Source of the DNA: Enoplolaimus lenunculus
Lineage: Eukaryota
Direction of reading: 5' to 3'
DNA length: 64,000 nt
Assembly: GCA_030248215.1 (NCBI GenBank)
Contig: JASANG010000727.1
Coordinates: forward strand, 62,001-126,000
Shown here: piece by piece, positions 36,401 through 61,935 of the stretch
Layout: each line of letters begins with the position of its first letter
Position numbering within the stretch: the stretch's first letter is position 1
Program-made: the position numbers and the translations under genes
The notes under the pieces: model-generated
The model's input: the letters and a program-made list of their open reading frames with translations, nothing else
Told to the model about the DNA's origin: nothing
Databases searched by the model: none

Positions 36401-39063
36401 CCCGAATTTTCCTGATAAGAAAACTTGGATGCGGAATTATACTTAGTAACTGGGGTTTAAGCTGTGACGGCTGACAGTCCGTTCAACTTAGACTCGCGCT
36501 CTAATCAATTATGATGCATTGATGGCAATTCTTCCAACAGCCTATTTAGCCGTTCGAACTATGACCTGTAAAACGTGATGACTAAATCATAATACGTGAA
36601 AACCTGTGCGCAAGCTATTTTCCATAGATCAAAGTCAGGAAATATCGGCAATTCTTGCACGGCACGAACACCCGGTTTGCTGTAGTGTTGAACACATGGT
36701 GATTTTACAGCTTCAAAACTTTTCTGTATAGCATCAATTTGACTTTCACGATCTTTATAGAACGTATCAGCGTTGAGTTTCTTTCGAACATTATAGCCAA
36801 CTTTTGTTTCATGTCTTTCTGTAGCAGTTCCGTACCGAGTAAATTCTTGTCCAATATATCTGGAAACAAAATACTGTTATAACTTGATTTCATATTTACA
36901 TAGATCAGGGTGCAACCGGAATTACAATTTACCGGAACCGGAAAGTGAAAAATGCATTTCACCAAAAATTTCATTTTAATCGTATTTTTTGCTCTAGTAT
37001 TTTTGAAACAACCTTAGTCGAAAATAGGTATTTATTTTATTTGTTGTATTGTAGGTTTTCGTCGTCGACTGAAGTGAAATCCACCATCAATGGCTTATAT
37101 TCGGAGTACGAGTGGCTTTCAAAAGAGATTCTTAAAAATTAGCAAGGTTAAGAAAACGGCCAAATTATAACGCCGAAATTTTTAAAATCCGGTAAAAATT
37201 TACCGGAACCGGAAGGTGAAAAAATGCCGGAACCGACATAGATTATATTATACTGTACATGATACCTTTGTGTCAATAAATTGCACATGCATATATTCAA
37301 CGGTATTCCTAAAATTTTAAAAAACAATAGCGGCTGCACACAAAAGGGCGAAAGCTTTGGAGCTAAAAGTGGTAGCAAAAAGTTGTGGGGGCAAAATTTA
37401 GGGGCAAACGCGAAAGGTGATGTGCGAAACGTGGTTGGGGAGAAAGGTGGGGTGCAAACTTTACATGTCCCGTGTATGCCTATTTCTTAACCTAAGTAAA
37501 ATCTTTCGTTTTTAAAATATAGAGTAACAATTACTAGAACACTTTGATATAAATTAATCGTGCTTTTACTCGGTTTTTCGGAGCCACGGGACAATTTTTG
37601 AGTGTTGTTGGGCACGCTTGGTCTCAGTGGAGAAGCGTTCTTCCTCTTCCAGCAGCTTTGCATCAGCAGGATCTAGAGGGTACCCGCCGGTATCTTCTAT
37701 TTCAATCGGAACATGATACGTGTCAGGATTAATCAGATCGATTTTAACACCAAGATCGGCTTCAGTCAGTATTTCGAATTTGTAATTCTTTTCAAGGCTC
37801 GTTGCTTGATATTGAACAAACCTAATAAAAAGTTAGTGCGTGCGCATGCTACATATTGAGCTTCGTAACTTTTAAGTACCTAACAAACAAACTTCAATAT
37901 GGTACCTGCCCGGCTATGACATATAAGCCACGTTAGAATATACAAGGTCTGCAAGACCCTTGTTCGAAGGTATACTCAAAGTTAAAGACCAGTCTGGGAA
38001 TCAAACCTCGGCCCTCTTGCACTCGAGTCAAACACGCTACCCTACCACTATACTCAGAGTGCGATCGGATACTCAATTCCGGTTAAATATCCGGCAAAAA
38101 ACTAATATCCGTATCCGGTTCCGATGAGAACTTACCAGACACCGGATATTAACGTTTGTGGTGGTGAAAAATATATGCTATAGAACTGTTTACTACAAGT
38201 ATTCTTACTGCGCTTTCATTTCTGGGCAAGTCAACAAGCTAACTTTTCTACTACACTGAGGCAAAATTGAAAAATCCATGCGCTAACGATTAATTTAAAT
38301 TCAACAAACATACAAATACTTAAGTGTAACTCAAATATTTCCAACTGCGCACAACTTTATATGCTACATCCGGTAAATATGCGGTTCCACTAAAAATTCA
38401 ATATCCGATTCCAGTATATATCATCTGGTCGCAGCCTGACGACAGTTCAAGCATATTTCTTGCGATTTTTCGTTACAGATGTGCTGCAATTGTACGAAAA
38501 ATTTCGGCGCGTCCGACAATTTTTTATCCAAAATATTACAAAGCCCCGTGAAGATCTGAAATTTTCATACTTCAACATTCGTTTTCCGTTTACGTTATTG
38601 CGATCACTATCCGTTTCCGTTATTTCTACCGTCCGTTTACAACCTGATACCGACATTCTCTTTTTACGGTCGGTCGTCTCGGACCACGAATATAGGCTGC
38701 TGTTTGCTAGGCCGGTCTCGGTGGGACCTCCATGTTTGAACTTTACGGTCTGGAAGTACGTATACTTTTGCGCGACTCAAATAGTTCAAACTCCTCAAAT
38801 TCAGAAATATTCGTTTGGCCGATTAAAATTCACCATGCTTCGGCATCAGCTAAATTAATGTTAGCTCTCACTGAAATCTACCTCGCAGGATCAAACGGAT
38901 ACGTTATAAATTTCGGATCAAACGGTATGTCTGGAAGATTATTGTTGTACTTGACACGAGAAATCAATTCACTACTTGGTCGATCTTCGCGACTTCTTGC
39001 TGGGCGATCTACTCTAAATGACGAGCTGGATTGGCCAGATTCCCTGATAGTCGGAGGAGCCAT
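33451..39063 (-). CDS. PAF1: RNA polymerase II-associated factor 1 (PAF1 complex subunit), 7 exons, ~534 aa
   Basis: Exons 39063-38882, 37821-37570, 36859-36604, 36251-36055, 35716-35591, 35134-34919, 33826-33451 (1605 nt, phases consistent). Diagnostic peptides: [91 protein letters not shown]; acidic D/E/S-rich tail. Confidence 0.95.
37985..38058 (-). mobile_element. Degenerate tRNA-derived (SINE-like) fragment in PAF1 intron 1
   Basis: Minus strand AGTATAGTGGTAGGGTAGCG...GAGGTTTGATTCCC resembles A and B boxes. Confidence 0.4.
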
Positions 39064-40349
39064 GATAATGCGATAACAAACTCAGCTACTGGAATACGTA
39101 ATTTAATTCAAACATAACTTACAGTACAGATGCAAGCTTAAACAATATTTAAAGACCCAGAAATATGTGGCTACTACCCACAACCTTCAAATTTTCCAGT
39201 GTGCACTCTACCACTAAGCTTCATAGTGGCAACAAAGGTTCGGATCATCCGGGTTCGGCAACAATAAAAAATTTAAATCACTGTTAAATAAATCAATGCG
39301 CGAAACATATCAACATTTAAACCTTATGCGGCTGATATTGAGTTGGTATTCTAAAACAATTTATAGATATATCTTAAATTTGCAACATGCAAAATTTGGA
39401 TTCGGATTCGAATAACACTCTGTTGTTCCAACTGCTTACATCGTCATCTGTTGTATCGGGAACGTGCACACCTGGACTTATGCTTTTCCTAGCTATATCT
39501 TTACCTCGGCTTTGCTGTTCTATCTATTCCGAGCTTTGCAGTCATGATGTTGTCATAATTATAAACCGATACTGTATTAGTTTCCCATTTAAAAATCAGG
39601 TTCTTGTGCTTATCTTAGGTTAGTACTTAAGTCCGTCCCTGCAAACCAGATATTAGTGCCTTTAAACTTAAGCAACCTTAAGCCCTTTCTTAAGTTTTCT
39701 GTTATAAATCATAGAATTCAACGCTGAAATACGTAAGATATATCTTGACTTTAAGCCCTAGCTGTTAGTACTTAAGTCTGAGGCCTACCAATTTCAGTTA
39801 CATTACCTACGACTTAAGTCCAAAAGATCGACTATTACGTCATGTTTCTGCAACCCAGCCATTGTGTATTTTAGTACAGAAAAGGACTGCGTTGAAATTG
39901 AAAACATCTCCATTATTTTGTAGCTAACCAGTCGCTAATACGAAAATCGCAGGATCCATAACTAATTGTTAGTAGTTGAAACACACATTTGAGAATATAA
40001 AATATCCAAAAGTTTCACATAGCTAGTTTTCCGGCAACATATGTTTTCATAACAGCCATAATACATTCTAAACAAAATCATACGATAGCAAATTCAACAG
40101 ACCTGACAATGTTTTCAGATAAAAGGGGAGTAGGCCCACTTATATGGTCTAATCAAACGTCAAAGGTTTTTAAATTTATAAAATTCAGATAAGTCAATCT
40201 TTTTTAAAATTTCACAAAAAGTAATTGCATTTGAAGCAGTAACTACCGGAAAATCATTTACTTTTTCGGGAAGGGTATTCCACAAATAGATAAATCTATA
40301 TGCAAAGTATGCTTTATAACAATCTAAGCGCCGTTTATTAGATTCATAT

Positions 40350-40552
40350 TGTGATAAGTTGGGTAGGCCTGCGTACGACAGTTTTTCAGTTTTTAGTTCT
40401 CAGCAGCTGAAAATGAGGGACGCTCCCAATTGGTTTCGAACTCGGATCGACAGATTTTCAGTCCAGCGCGCTATCCACTGAGCCACGCCGCCTCACAATC
40501 AACTGCTGAGTTTTTCTGTTTTTATGCCTTATAAGAACCTCAACATTATACA
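40350..40552 (-). mobile_element. Related element with a tRNA-Phe-like cassette (probable solo LTR; one boundary uncertain)
   Basis: Minus strand reads GGCGTGGCTCAGTGGATAGCGCGCTGGACTGAAAATCTG...GAGTTCGAAACC (GAA at the anticodon position), enclosed by inverted repeats 40399-40418 and 40491-40510; ends CCTACCCAACTTATCACA, resembling CCTACCTAGACTGACA of the TRIM. Confidence 0.55.
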
Positions 40553-40882
40553 CGTGTATCTTGGTTCTTCAATGTTTTACTGCTGCTGCATCTGAAGGCA
40601 CTACATATGCAGCAGTGTTTTTACCGATGTACAGCATCAGCATGAGGTTATTATTTGCCTCCATGCATCCGCATGTCACACGTATCCTCAGTTTCTTGGG
40701 AGTGTGCACGCGTTTTTGCATCAATAGCCATTGCGAAAAAGTCCTCAGGCTTTAAATCCACGTCACCATAAAAAGTTTAATACCCAAGGACCAAACCGTT
40801 TTTAGCCTACGAATTTCTAGTATCTCAAGGTTGAGGTTACGTAGTGGATCTAGGTAAGTGACCATGGGCCATCGTAGTGTAG

Positions 40883-41367
40883 TGTAAGCATGTAGAGGTG
40901 GGCTACGTGGCGCAGTGGTAGAGTGCTCGCTTAAGGATTTATAGGCTAAGAGTTCGATCCCCGCTCTAGCCCGTTCCAGCTGCTTAGTAAAAGGTCTGAT
41001 GTCCCGGCTCCTACCTAGACTGACATGGGGCTACGCCGTGACCGCAATGGCAAATTGCCGCGCTATGAGCACGGTATCCAGTCGAAAATAGGATGGACGG
41101 TCAAGGAACGACCTTGTTGAAAATAAGGGCATGTAAGCATATGAGACATGCTTGTCCTGGTGCATACGCAATAAATGCAATGCACATTGTGTTGTACGGT
41201 CGACACATATAATCGACGAAAAATGCAGTTGGAGAGGCGGGCTACGTGGCGCAGTGGTAGAGTGCTCGCTTAAGGATCCATAGGCTGAGAGTTCGATCCC
41301 CGCTCTAGCCCGCTTTTCCAGCTGCTTAGTAAAAGGTCTGATGTCCCGGCTCCTACCTAGACTGACA
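40883..41367 (+). mobile_element. TRIM (miniature LTR retrotransposon) with a tRNA-derived cassette in both LTRs
   Basis: LTR1 40883-41025 (internally deleted) and LTR2 41132-41367 both start TGTAAGCA and end ACTGACA. The 106-bp internal region starts TGG (PBS position) and ends purine-rich (GAAAATAAGGGCA). Flanks GTGTAG/GTCTAG. Each LTR has an A box (TGGCGCAGTGG) and a B box (GTTCGATCC). Confidence 0.75.
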
Positions 41368-41685
41368 GTCTAGCAAACAACAGACGGATAAAATACTTCT
41401 GAATTTTTCAAGTACAGTAATATCAGACAAGAGATAAGGCGACCAGACTGGTGAACAATAATCCATAACTGGCTTCTCCACAGCTTGAAAATTTCCGCCG
41501 GGGGGCGTTTCCTGGGGGGCAGCTAATTTTGCTGGGGGGCAGTTTTCCTGCCCCCCTTTTTATTCTAGATCGTGTTTCCAACTCAACTGAAGATTACTCA
41601 TCGCTCAACATGACAAAAATTCCCCGCAAACGCTAATAACAATAATTTAAAACTGTGATTAACATATATTTTATATATTAGTCAC

Positions 41686-42442
41686 CAGGGTGCAACCGGA
41701 ATTCCGGTTCCGCCAAATTTTCACCTTCCGGTTCCGGTAAATTTTTGCCGCATTTAAAAATTCCGGTATTCAGGGTGCAACCGGAATTACAATTTACCGG
41801 AACCGGAACCGGAATTTGAAAATTTTACCGGAACCGGAAACGGAACCGGAAAGTGAAAAATGCATTTCACCAAAAATTTCATTTTAATTTTATTTATTGC
41901 TCTATTATTTGTGAAATAACCTTAGTCGAACATAGGTATTTACTTTATTTGTTGTATTTTAGATTTTCGTCGTCGACTGAAGTGAAATCCACCATCATTG
42001 GCTTATATTTGGAGTACAAGTGGCTTTCAAAAGAGATTCTTAAAAATTAGCAAAGTTAAGAAACGGCCAAATTATAATACCGGAATTTTTAAATCCGGTA
42101 AAAATTTACCGGAACCGGAACCGGAAGGTGAAAAAATGCCGGAACCGGAATTCCGGTTGCACCCTGCCGGTATTATAATTTGGCCGTTTTCTTAACTTTG
42201 CTAATTTTTAAGAATCTCTTTTGAAAGCCACTTGTACTCCGAATATAAGCCATTGATGGTGAATTTCACTTCAGTCGATGGTGAAAATCTAAAATACAAC
42301 AAATAAAATAAATACCTATGTTCGACTAAGGTTATTTCACAAATAATAGAGCAAAAAATAAGATTAAAATGAAATTTTTGGGAACTGCATTTTTCACTTT
42401 CCGGTTCCGGTTCCGGTAAATTGCAATTCCGGTTGCACCCTG
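41686..42442. mobile_element. hAT-like MITE carrying an inverted copy of itself (41771-42166)
   Basis: The inner copy has an exact TSD CCGGTATT (41763-41770 and 42167-42174) drawn from the outer copy's sequence. Confidence 0.9.
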
Positions 42443-44877
42443 ATATAGATACAAATGATGCGTGCATTAAAGTCTACACTCTAAAGAAGGCGATTGTTAG
42501 TCACAGCTTTAGTTTATCATAAGGCTCAGGCGGGTTGAACTTGTTGCTGCAAGGTACTTTCGAATGCTGTAGGCCCTGAAACGGCTGGGGGGCGGCCGGA
42601 AATTCGCGGGGGGGGGGGGCTTTCCGGGGGGCGGCAAAATTTTCGCCAAAATGAAAATTTCGAAAAGTGCTGGGGGGCCCCGCCCCCCACCGTTGTGGAG
42701 AAGCCAGCATAACAGGAATAACATAGCTATTGCACGCTTTTAGAAAAAGCTGGCAATCCCTACTACGTATAGACTACAAAAACCCAAATGCAAAACAGCA
42801 CATTTATTAACAGCAATCTTGAGTTGCCACTGTTTCGCAAATTCATGGAGATAGTTTGGGCGTTTTGTAGGCGCAAACGAGCAGCATTGGATTCTCTTTT
42901 AGGAATAGTGCAATTAATTTTGAGATCATCAGCAAACATTTTTACATTAACATCTGAGCAAGAACTAACTAAATCATTAACCAAAAGATTAAATAGCAAT
43001 GGACCAAGCACTGATCCCAGTGGAGCACCTGAAGATAGAGGCTTAAATTCTGAAAGCTCGTTATCTAATGACTTTAGTTGTTTTAACATGATGTAAATAA
43101 CACCTGGAGCAAATGACACGTCATTACATACAACACCAGTTTTAGTGACAGAGATCGAATGATTGGAACAATCAGTTACACGTGAAAACAGCGAACAGAC
43201 GTATTTATTAAACAAGTCAGCTTTGTTTTTCGTCTGATGGAATAACCTACCACCAACTTTAATAGGCGGAATACCAATGTTTTGTGACATGGCATTTCTT
43301 AGGAAACAGAAAATTTTTGCCTATTCCCTTTTATATTTTTGTTTCTATTGGCTCCTAGTATTTTCTTGGACTAGTTGTGCCAAACTAATAGTGCGAATTA
43401 TTTGCTCAAATACTTTGTGTATATAGGAGAATAAGGAAATATATTAAACTCCAGTCGTAAAAAGGCATATTTAAGTCACCTACTATGATCAAAATTGAAC
43501 AATTTGTGTTCAATAGGGAACTTCAGTATAATTTATATTTGTTTTTATTAGAAATAATATTCCACCGCCTTTTGTGTATATCCGGTCTTGGCGCAAAATC
43601 GCATATTCAGAAGGGGGTTTTGGAACTGTCAAGCCAGGTCTACCCGATGCAAATAAGATCATAAGTATTTATAAACAAGCTCAGTTTAGCAAGCTTAGTT
43701 TTAAGGCTACGCACATTAAAACGAACACATTTTAATGAGGACTATAAAGAAAAAGGGCTTACCCTGTGTGCTGCGTGTAATGTTTATCACGCACACCATT
43801 CATTAATTTTCCTGTTTCATCACTTCAAATGACGGACTTTTGATGTAGTCTCGATAATTGATCACGTTAGATTTTTGTTATAGAGCGTCAGGTGTAGACT
43901 TGTTTCCTTTGGTCAATTTTGTTCAATCTGCACCGTTCTAACAAGACCGACTGCAAGCCGCTAGAGCTTGCCAATTGAACTTTGAGCAAACGCGGAACAG
44001 CAGTCTCCAAATTGTTTTTTGAACAAGTACCCAGACGAAATACATTTAAAATTATTACTGAATTATCTATATTTTTACATAGTTCAGTAGCATCTTCAAG
44101 GTCACGACCATTTTCATTGAGCTTTTTATAACAGCTACGGCGATGAAGATCGTCTTCTTGTATAGCTTTTATATCAGAACAATTTATTAAACGGAAATTT
44201 GACACTTTTGCTGACTACTGATAAATAAGTACTAACTGTTCCCGCTGCAAGAGTGGTGCTAGAGCGGTAATTAAATTGTCAACTTTATTATTAATTTCAT
44301 TAAATCGTTTTTCGTTTTCATTATTAATTGTAGCAATATCAGGAACATCCGTTTTCAATTTATTAAACACAGGAATACAAGACTTGCATATAATAAATAT
44401 ATGATCGTTATTAAGATAGTTCATATTATTGGGCAATTTTAAACATTTATTATGAAGCGAACCCAACAGTCACAGATGGCACACTGAACTCCATTATCCA
44501 CAGTTTGACTGACCTGATGTAGCAATTGCAGAGGCTAAAACACCAGGTGTAGTAGAGAAACGTCGACTCATGATCCATAACAAAGATAGTTATCAAAAAT
44601 ACTACTGCAAGAATTATAAATTTTTAATAATATAAAAGTAATATATCTGAATGCGCACCAGGACAAGCATTTCTCACATGCTTACACACATTATGTATAT
44701 ATGCGTTCATGTGCTCACAATTTTATTCCATAAATTCAAAACCAAAAATATATACCTACTTAATATTTATATTTTATACCTATTGTAATGCTTAATCACG
44801 TTACGGTGACCGTGTGTAACATATAATTTCAAAAGTTTTGAATTGTTCGTTCGATTTTGTGTATTTGCTTTTTCACA

Positions 44878-58311
<13,434 letters not shown>

Positions 58312-60077
58312 TACATTAATTTGTTACTTGTTTTACCCATTTTTGCTAGCTGTAGTTATTTTGTAAACTTTGTATTCTTGAAAATTTTATACAATGTCAT
58401 TAGTGAAATTTAAAATTTACCACAATTTTTCCTTTTCTCAAAGTAATCCACTTCTAATGAATATTGTTTGTAAAAGAAGCTGCGCGGGTATCGAGAAACT
58501 ATGACGGTTTAAACGACGGCGAAAACCTACGCTTAGCAAGTGAGACGGCAAAATGAGGGTTCTCATTCAAACTATTGACAATTATAGTGAAACAGAACCA
58601 ATAGATACGTAGATTTATGGACCAATGAGCGGCTGGATATCCGGCTCTGTTAAAAAACGACATTCGGTTTCGGTGTTCTACATTGCCGGATATTTGTAGC
58701 TAAAAACTACAGTATATTGAACTGTTATTTGCATCTTTTCTGTAAATTCCGCGGCTAAAGTGTCCAATTCTTTGCTATTGCTTGTTATACTGTTTTCAGT
58801 TTTTTGTGATCATTAATACATTTGCCATTATAACCTGGTTTATAATTTGTGAATTTCTACTGCACTAGAACATTGTCATGAGTTGGTATTTGCTGGGTGA
58901 ATTTATTGCGTAAACTTACTAAATTTTTTCAACGCTACTGATTCATAATAAGACTAGACATATTCGTGTAGTATAGTACTATATCTGTTCCATACTTTGC
59001 TGTCTGTTTGGAAAAACGTGGGCATCACTACTATGCATACACGTCTTTTTAAACGTAGATAAACACTATTGTAAGCTTACGGCTAAACTTAAGCACAAGT
59101 TTAAAGTGAGCATAATCCTAAGCCTACGTCTCCTTGTCATTTAGTGGGAGACCCTTATAAGTAACTCGAGCCGCGAGGAGGAATGAGTAACTACTTAGTT
59201 GTCAGTAATTTCCTCCTGATTTAGTCTGGCTGTCTAATCCTACAATCCTGTTTAGATGATTTTCCTTATTTTTGACTAATCTTTGCAAGACTGTGAATGC
59301 CAGGTTTCTAAAGGTAATTGATTTGCTAGTCCATGCAGCCTATTGTAGTCAAATTGGTCGTCATTCGCTTTGATTGGTTCATATCTTGTTCAACGTGTAT
59401 AAACAGCGGAATTCCAATCTACTTTGTGTCGTGCGTGTTAAATCAGAGCGTCCATACTAAAAACATTCATAGTGCAATAGAAAAGTAGCACAATTTAAAA
59501 ATTTTGTGATCAATTAAAAAGGATCGTGCAACTTGTTAGTTTTCGCATTGAACGTAGAGTGAACTGTTGTGTTTGTTTAACCATGTTTTCACCCACAATG
59601 TAAAATTTTTCCCCGATACAATCTTTCACGTATATTAAGGCAAATTATGGGAACCCACTGCGATTTGAAGGGATACTAAAGCAGGCTGGGGGACTGCCAT
59701 GCTTCGCTTCCCCCCACAATGAAAAACTTCCCGCCACTATCTTTCACGTTTATTAAGGCAAATTGTGGGACCCCCTCCCCTGCGATTTGATAAATAGTTC
59801 ACTTTTCCCGTTTTCCAAACAAAACCTAAGTACTTGTCATATTTTCCCTGCGTAAACCACGGAAAATCTATACGATTTTTCCGTTTTCCGAACAAAACCG
59901 CTTCAGATTTTCCCTATCAATCAGGTTCAACCGGAATTATAAAATACCGGAAAATAAAAATTTGTTTTATAGCGCTATTTTATCGCTTTTAATGCTGTAA
60001 ACACACCATTTAGAATACCAAAATCCTGAAACATATAGTAGGTGGAAACATATGATAAAGAATGGAGTGTGGCACAA

Positions 60078-60373
60078 TAAATTTTCCTGTTTTCAATACA
60101 AAACCTGCGCTTCTGGTTTTCGCTATCAACACACTTTAAAACAAGCGATCAACGCACCTAGCCTTGAATTTCACATTTTCCGAACCGAACCACACATCCC
60201 AATTTTCCAGCCAGACCAACCAAGCTTAAATTTTCCTGTTTTCAATACAAAACCTGCGCTTCTGGTTTTCGCTATCAACACACTTTAAAACAAGCGATCA
60301 ACGCACCTAGCCTTGAATTTCACATTTTCCGAACCGAACCACACATCCCAATTTTCCAGCCAGACCAACCAAA
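60078..60373. repeat. 149-bp tandem duplication
   Basis: TAAATTTTCCTG...CAGACCAACCAA at 60078 and again at 60227. Confidence 0.9.
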
Positions 60374-60849
60374 CAGTTTTTTCCTACCAGATCTAAAGAA
60401 AACCTGTACGTTTAACTTTTCCACTTTTTCCTACCGAACTACTTAGCAAATATTCAGGCGTCTGAATTTTCTACTTTTTCAAGCCAAAATTATGCATCTG
60501 ATTTTTCCTACCAAACAAGCGAAATTCTTAGCCGTTATACAAAAGTGGCTGCACTGCAATCCTGGTCATAAGTTTTCCACCTTGGAAAATGGGAAGCTCT
60601 TGTGCTATATATTGGCCGAAATTGAAATGTTTTCATCATGTTCTAAGCATTCTGCAGAAGTGTGCTTGGTTTAAACAACTCGAAAAACAACAAACAATAT
60701 TTGATAAGAAAAATTTTATTGCAACAATTATAATGTCGAACTTTAAAGACCAAGTTTTTAGGTTTCAATTTTTTCAAAGTTCAAAATATTTTAGAAATTA
60801 AAAATTCGGCCACCTTTCCAGTTCAGTTTCATTTTCTTCAGGCTTGGCA

Positions 60850-61260
60850 AAAAAGTTATTATCGATGATTGTCAAGAGTTTTATTTCAATGTGATGCCAC
60901 GGGGAGTTGACTGGAATAGGAGGCAGCTTTGCTGAATCCATCGGGATTGACTTGCTAGCACTTCGGATATGCATTAAACATAATTTCAAATTTCGTTGTA
61001 TATATCGTTCAAAAATATCTTTCTACTGTGGCGCTAGCGGTGCACTCTTTGCCCATATGCGTTCTGCCGTCATGGAAAGTTTGTATGAGCGTTTGCTTCC
61101 AAGATATATTATAGACATACTCGCGAACCTTGCCTTTTGCTATGCAGAGTATGTATTATTTTCTCTATAAGTGAAGTACTGAGCGTTTGACTGTTGCTTT
61201 CTTTCCAACTCTTTAACCACCGTTTTTAGATAATTAACTGTCGTTAATAACGATGTCATC
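60850..61260 (-). pseudogene. Degenerate Gypsy/Ginger-type integrase N-terminal relic
   Basis: Minus strand reads LIQTFHDGRTHMGKECTA...VERYF* (zinc-binding His pair; the usual W is a stop), then in another frame LPPIPVNSPWHHI, the typical start of the integrase core. Confidence 0.6.
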
Positions 61261-61276
61261 AGTCTATTTTTATAGT

Positions 61277-61935
61277 GTAATTTTTCCGGGGGAAATGCCA
61301 AGCTAGTAATTTTTCCGGGGGAAAATGCCAAGTTTTCTGGGGGAATGCCAAGTTAGTAATTTTTCCAGGGGGAAATGCCAAACTAGTAATTTTTCTAGGG
61401 GCAAATGCCAAACTAGTAATTTTTCCCGGGGGAAATGCCAAACTAGTAATTTTTCCGGGGGGAAATGCCAAACTAGTAATTTTTCCGGGGGAAATGCCAA
61501 ACTAGTAATTTTTCCGGGGGAAATGCCAAACTAGTAATTTTTCCGGGGGAAAATGCCAAACTAATAATTTTTCCAGGGGGAAATGCCAAACTAGTAATTT
61601 TTCCAGGGGGAAATGCCAAACTAGTAATTTTTCCTGGGGGAAATGCCAAACTAGTAATTTTACCAGGGGGAAATGCCAAACTAGTCATTTTTCCAGGGGG
61701 AAATGCCAAACTAGTAATTTTTCCGGGGGAAATGCCAAACTAGTAATTTTTCCGGGGAAATGCCAAACTAGTAATTTTTCCGGGGGGAAATGCCAAACTA
61801 GTAATTTTTCCATGGGGAAATGCCAAACTAGTAATTTTTCCAGGGGGAAATGCCAAACTAGTAATTTTTCCAGGGGGAAATGCCAAACTAGTAATTTTTC
61901 CTGGGGGAAATGCCAAGCTAGTAATTTTTCCGGGT
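61277..61935. repeat. ~30-bp minisatellite
   Basis: About 22 copies of GTAATTTTTCC(A)GGGGGAAATGCCAAACTA. Confidence 0.95.

Larger units (their letters stand above)
40130..44640 (-). pseudogene. Degenerate CR1/L2-clade non-LTR retrotransposon, interrupted by nested insertions
   Basis: In order on the minus strand: ORF1 PHD-like Cys/His segment and 'FRLG...PRLLKVQL' (44580-43888); APE-endonuclease relic ILRQDR...KGGG (~43600); RT motifs SGAPLGSVLGPLLF and KMFADDLKI (43040-42915); PVMDYCSPVWSPY...LEKIQK (~41470-41390); LNLEILEIRRL (~40840); YFAYRFIYLWNTLP (~40310-40265). Frameshifts and deletions throughout. Confidence 0.85.

Noticed and set aside
41239..41311. Functional tRNA gene (also 40899-40972, ~12494-12565, ~40418-40490)
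   Set aside because: The anticodon stem does not pair properly and each copy is embedded in a repeated LTR-like element.
41853..42050. Recurring 65-aa [15 protein letters not shown]... (also 36945-37142)
   Set aside because: A chance ORF in the MITE body with a GTG start and no transposase motifs.
61259..61709. Repetitive ORFs (MAFPPGKITSL...)
   Set aside because: Minisatellite translation.
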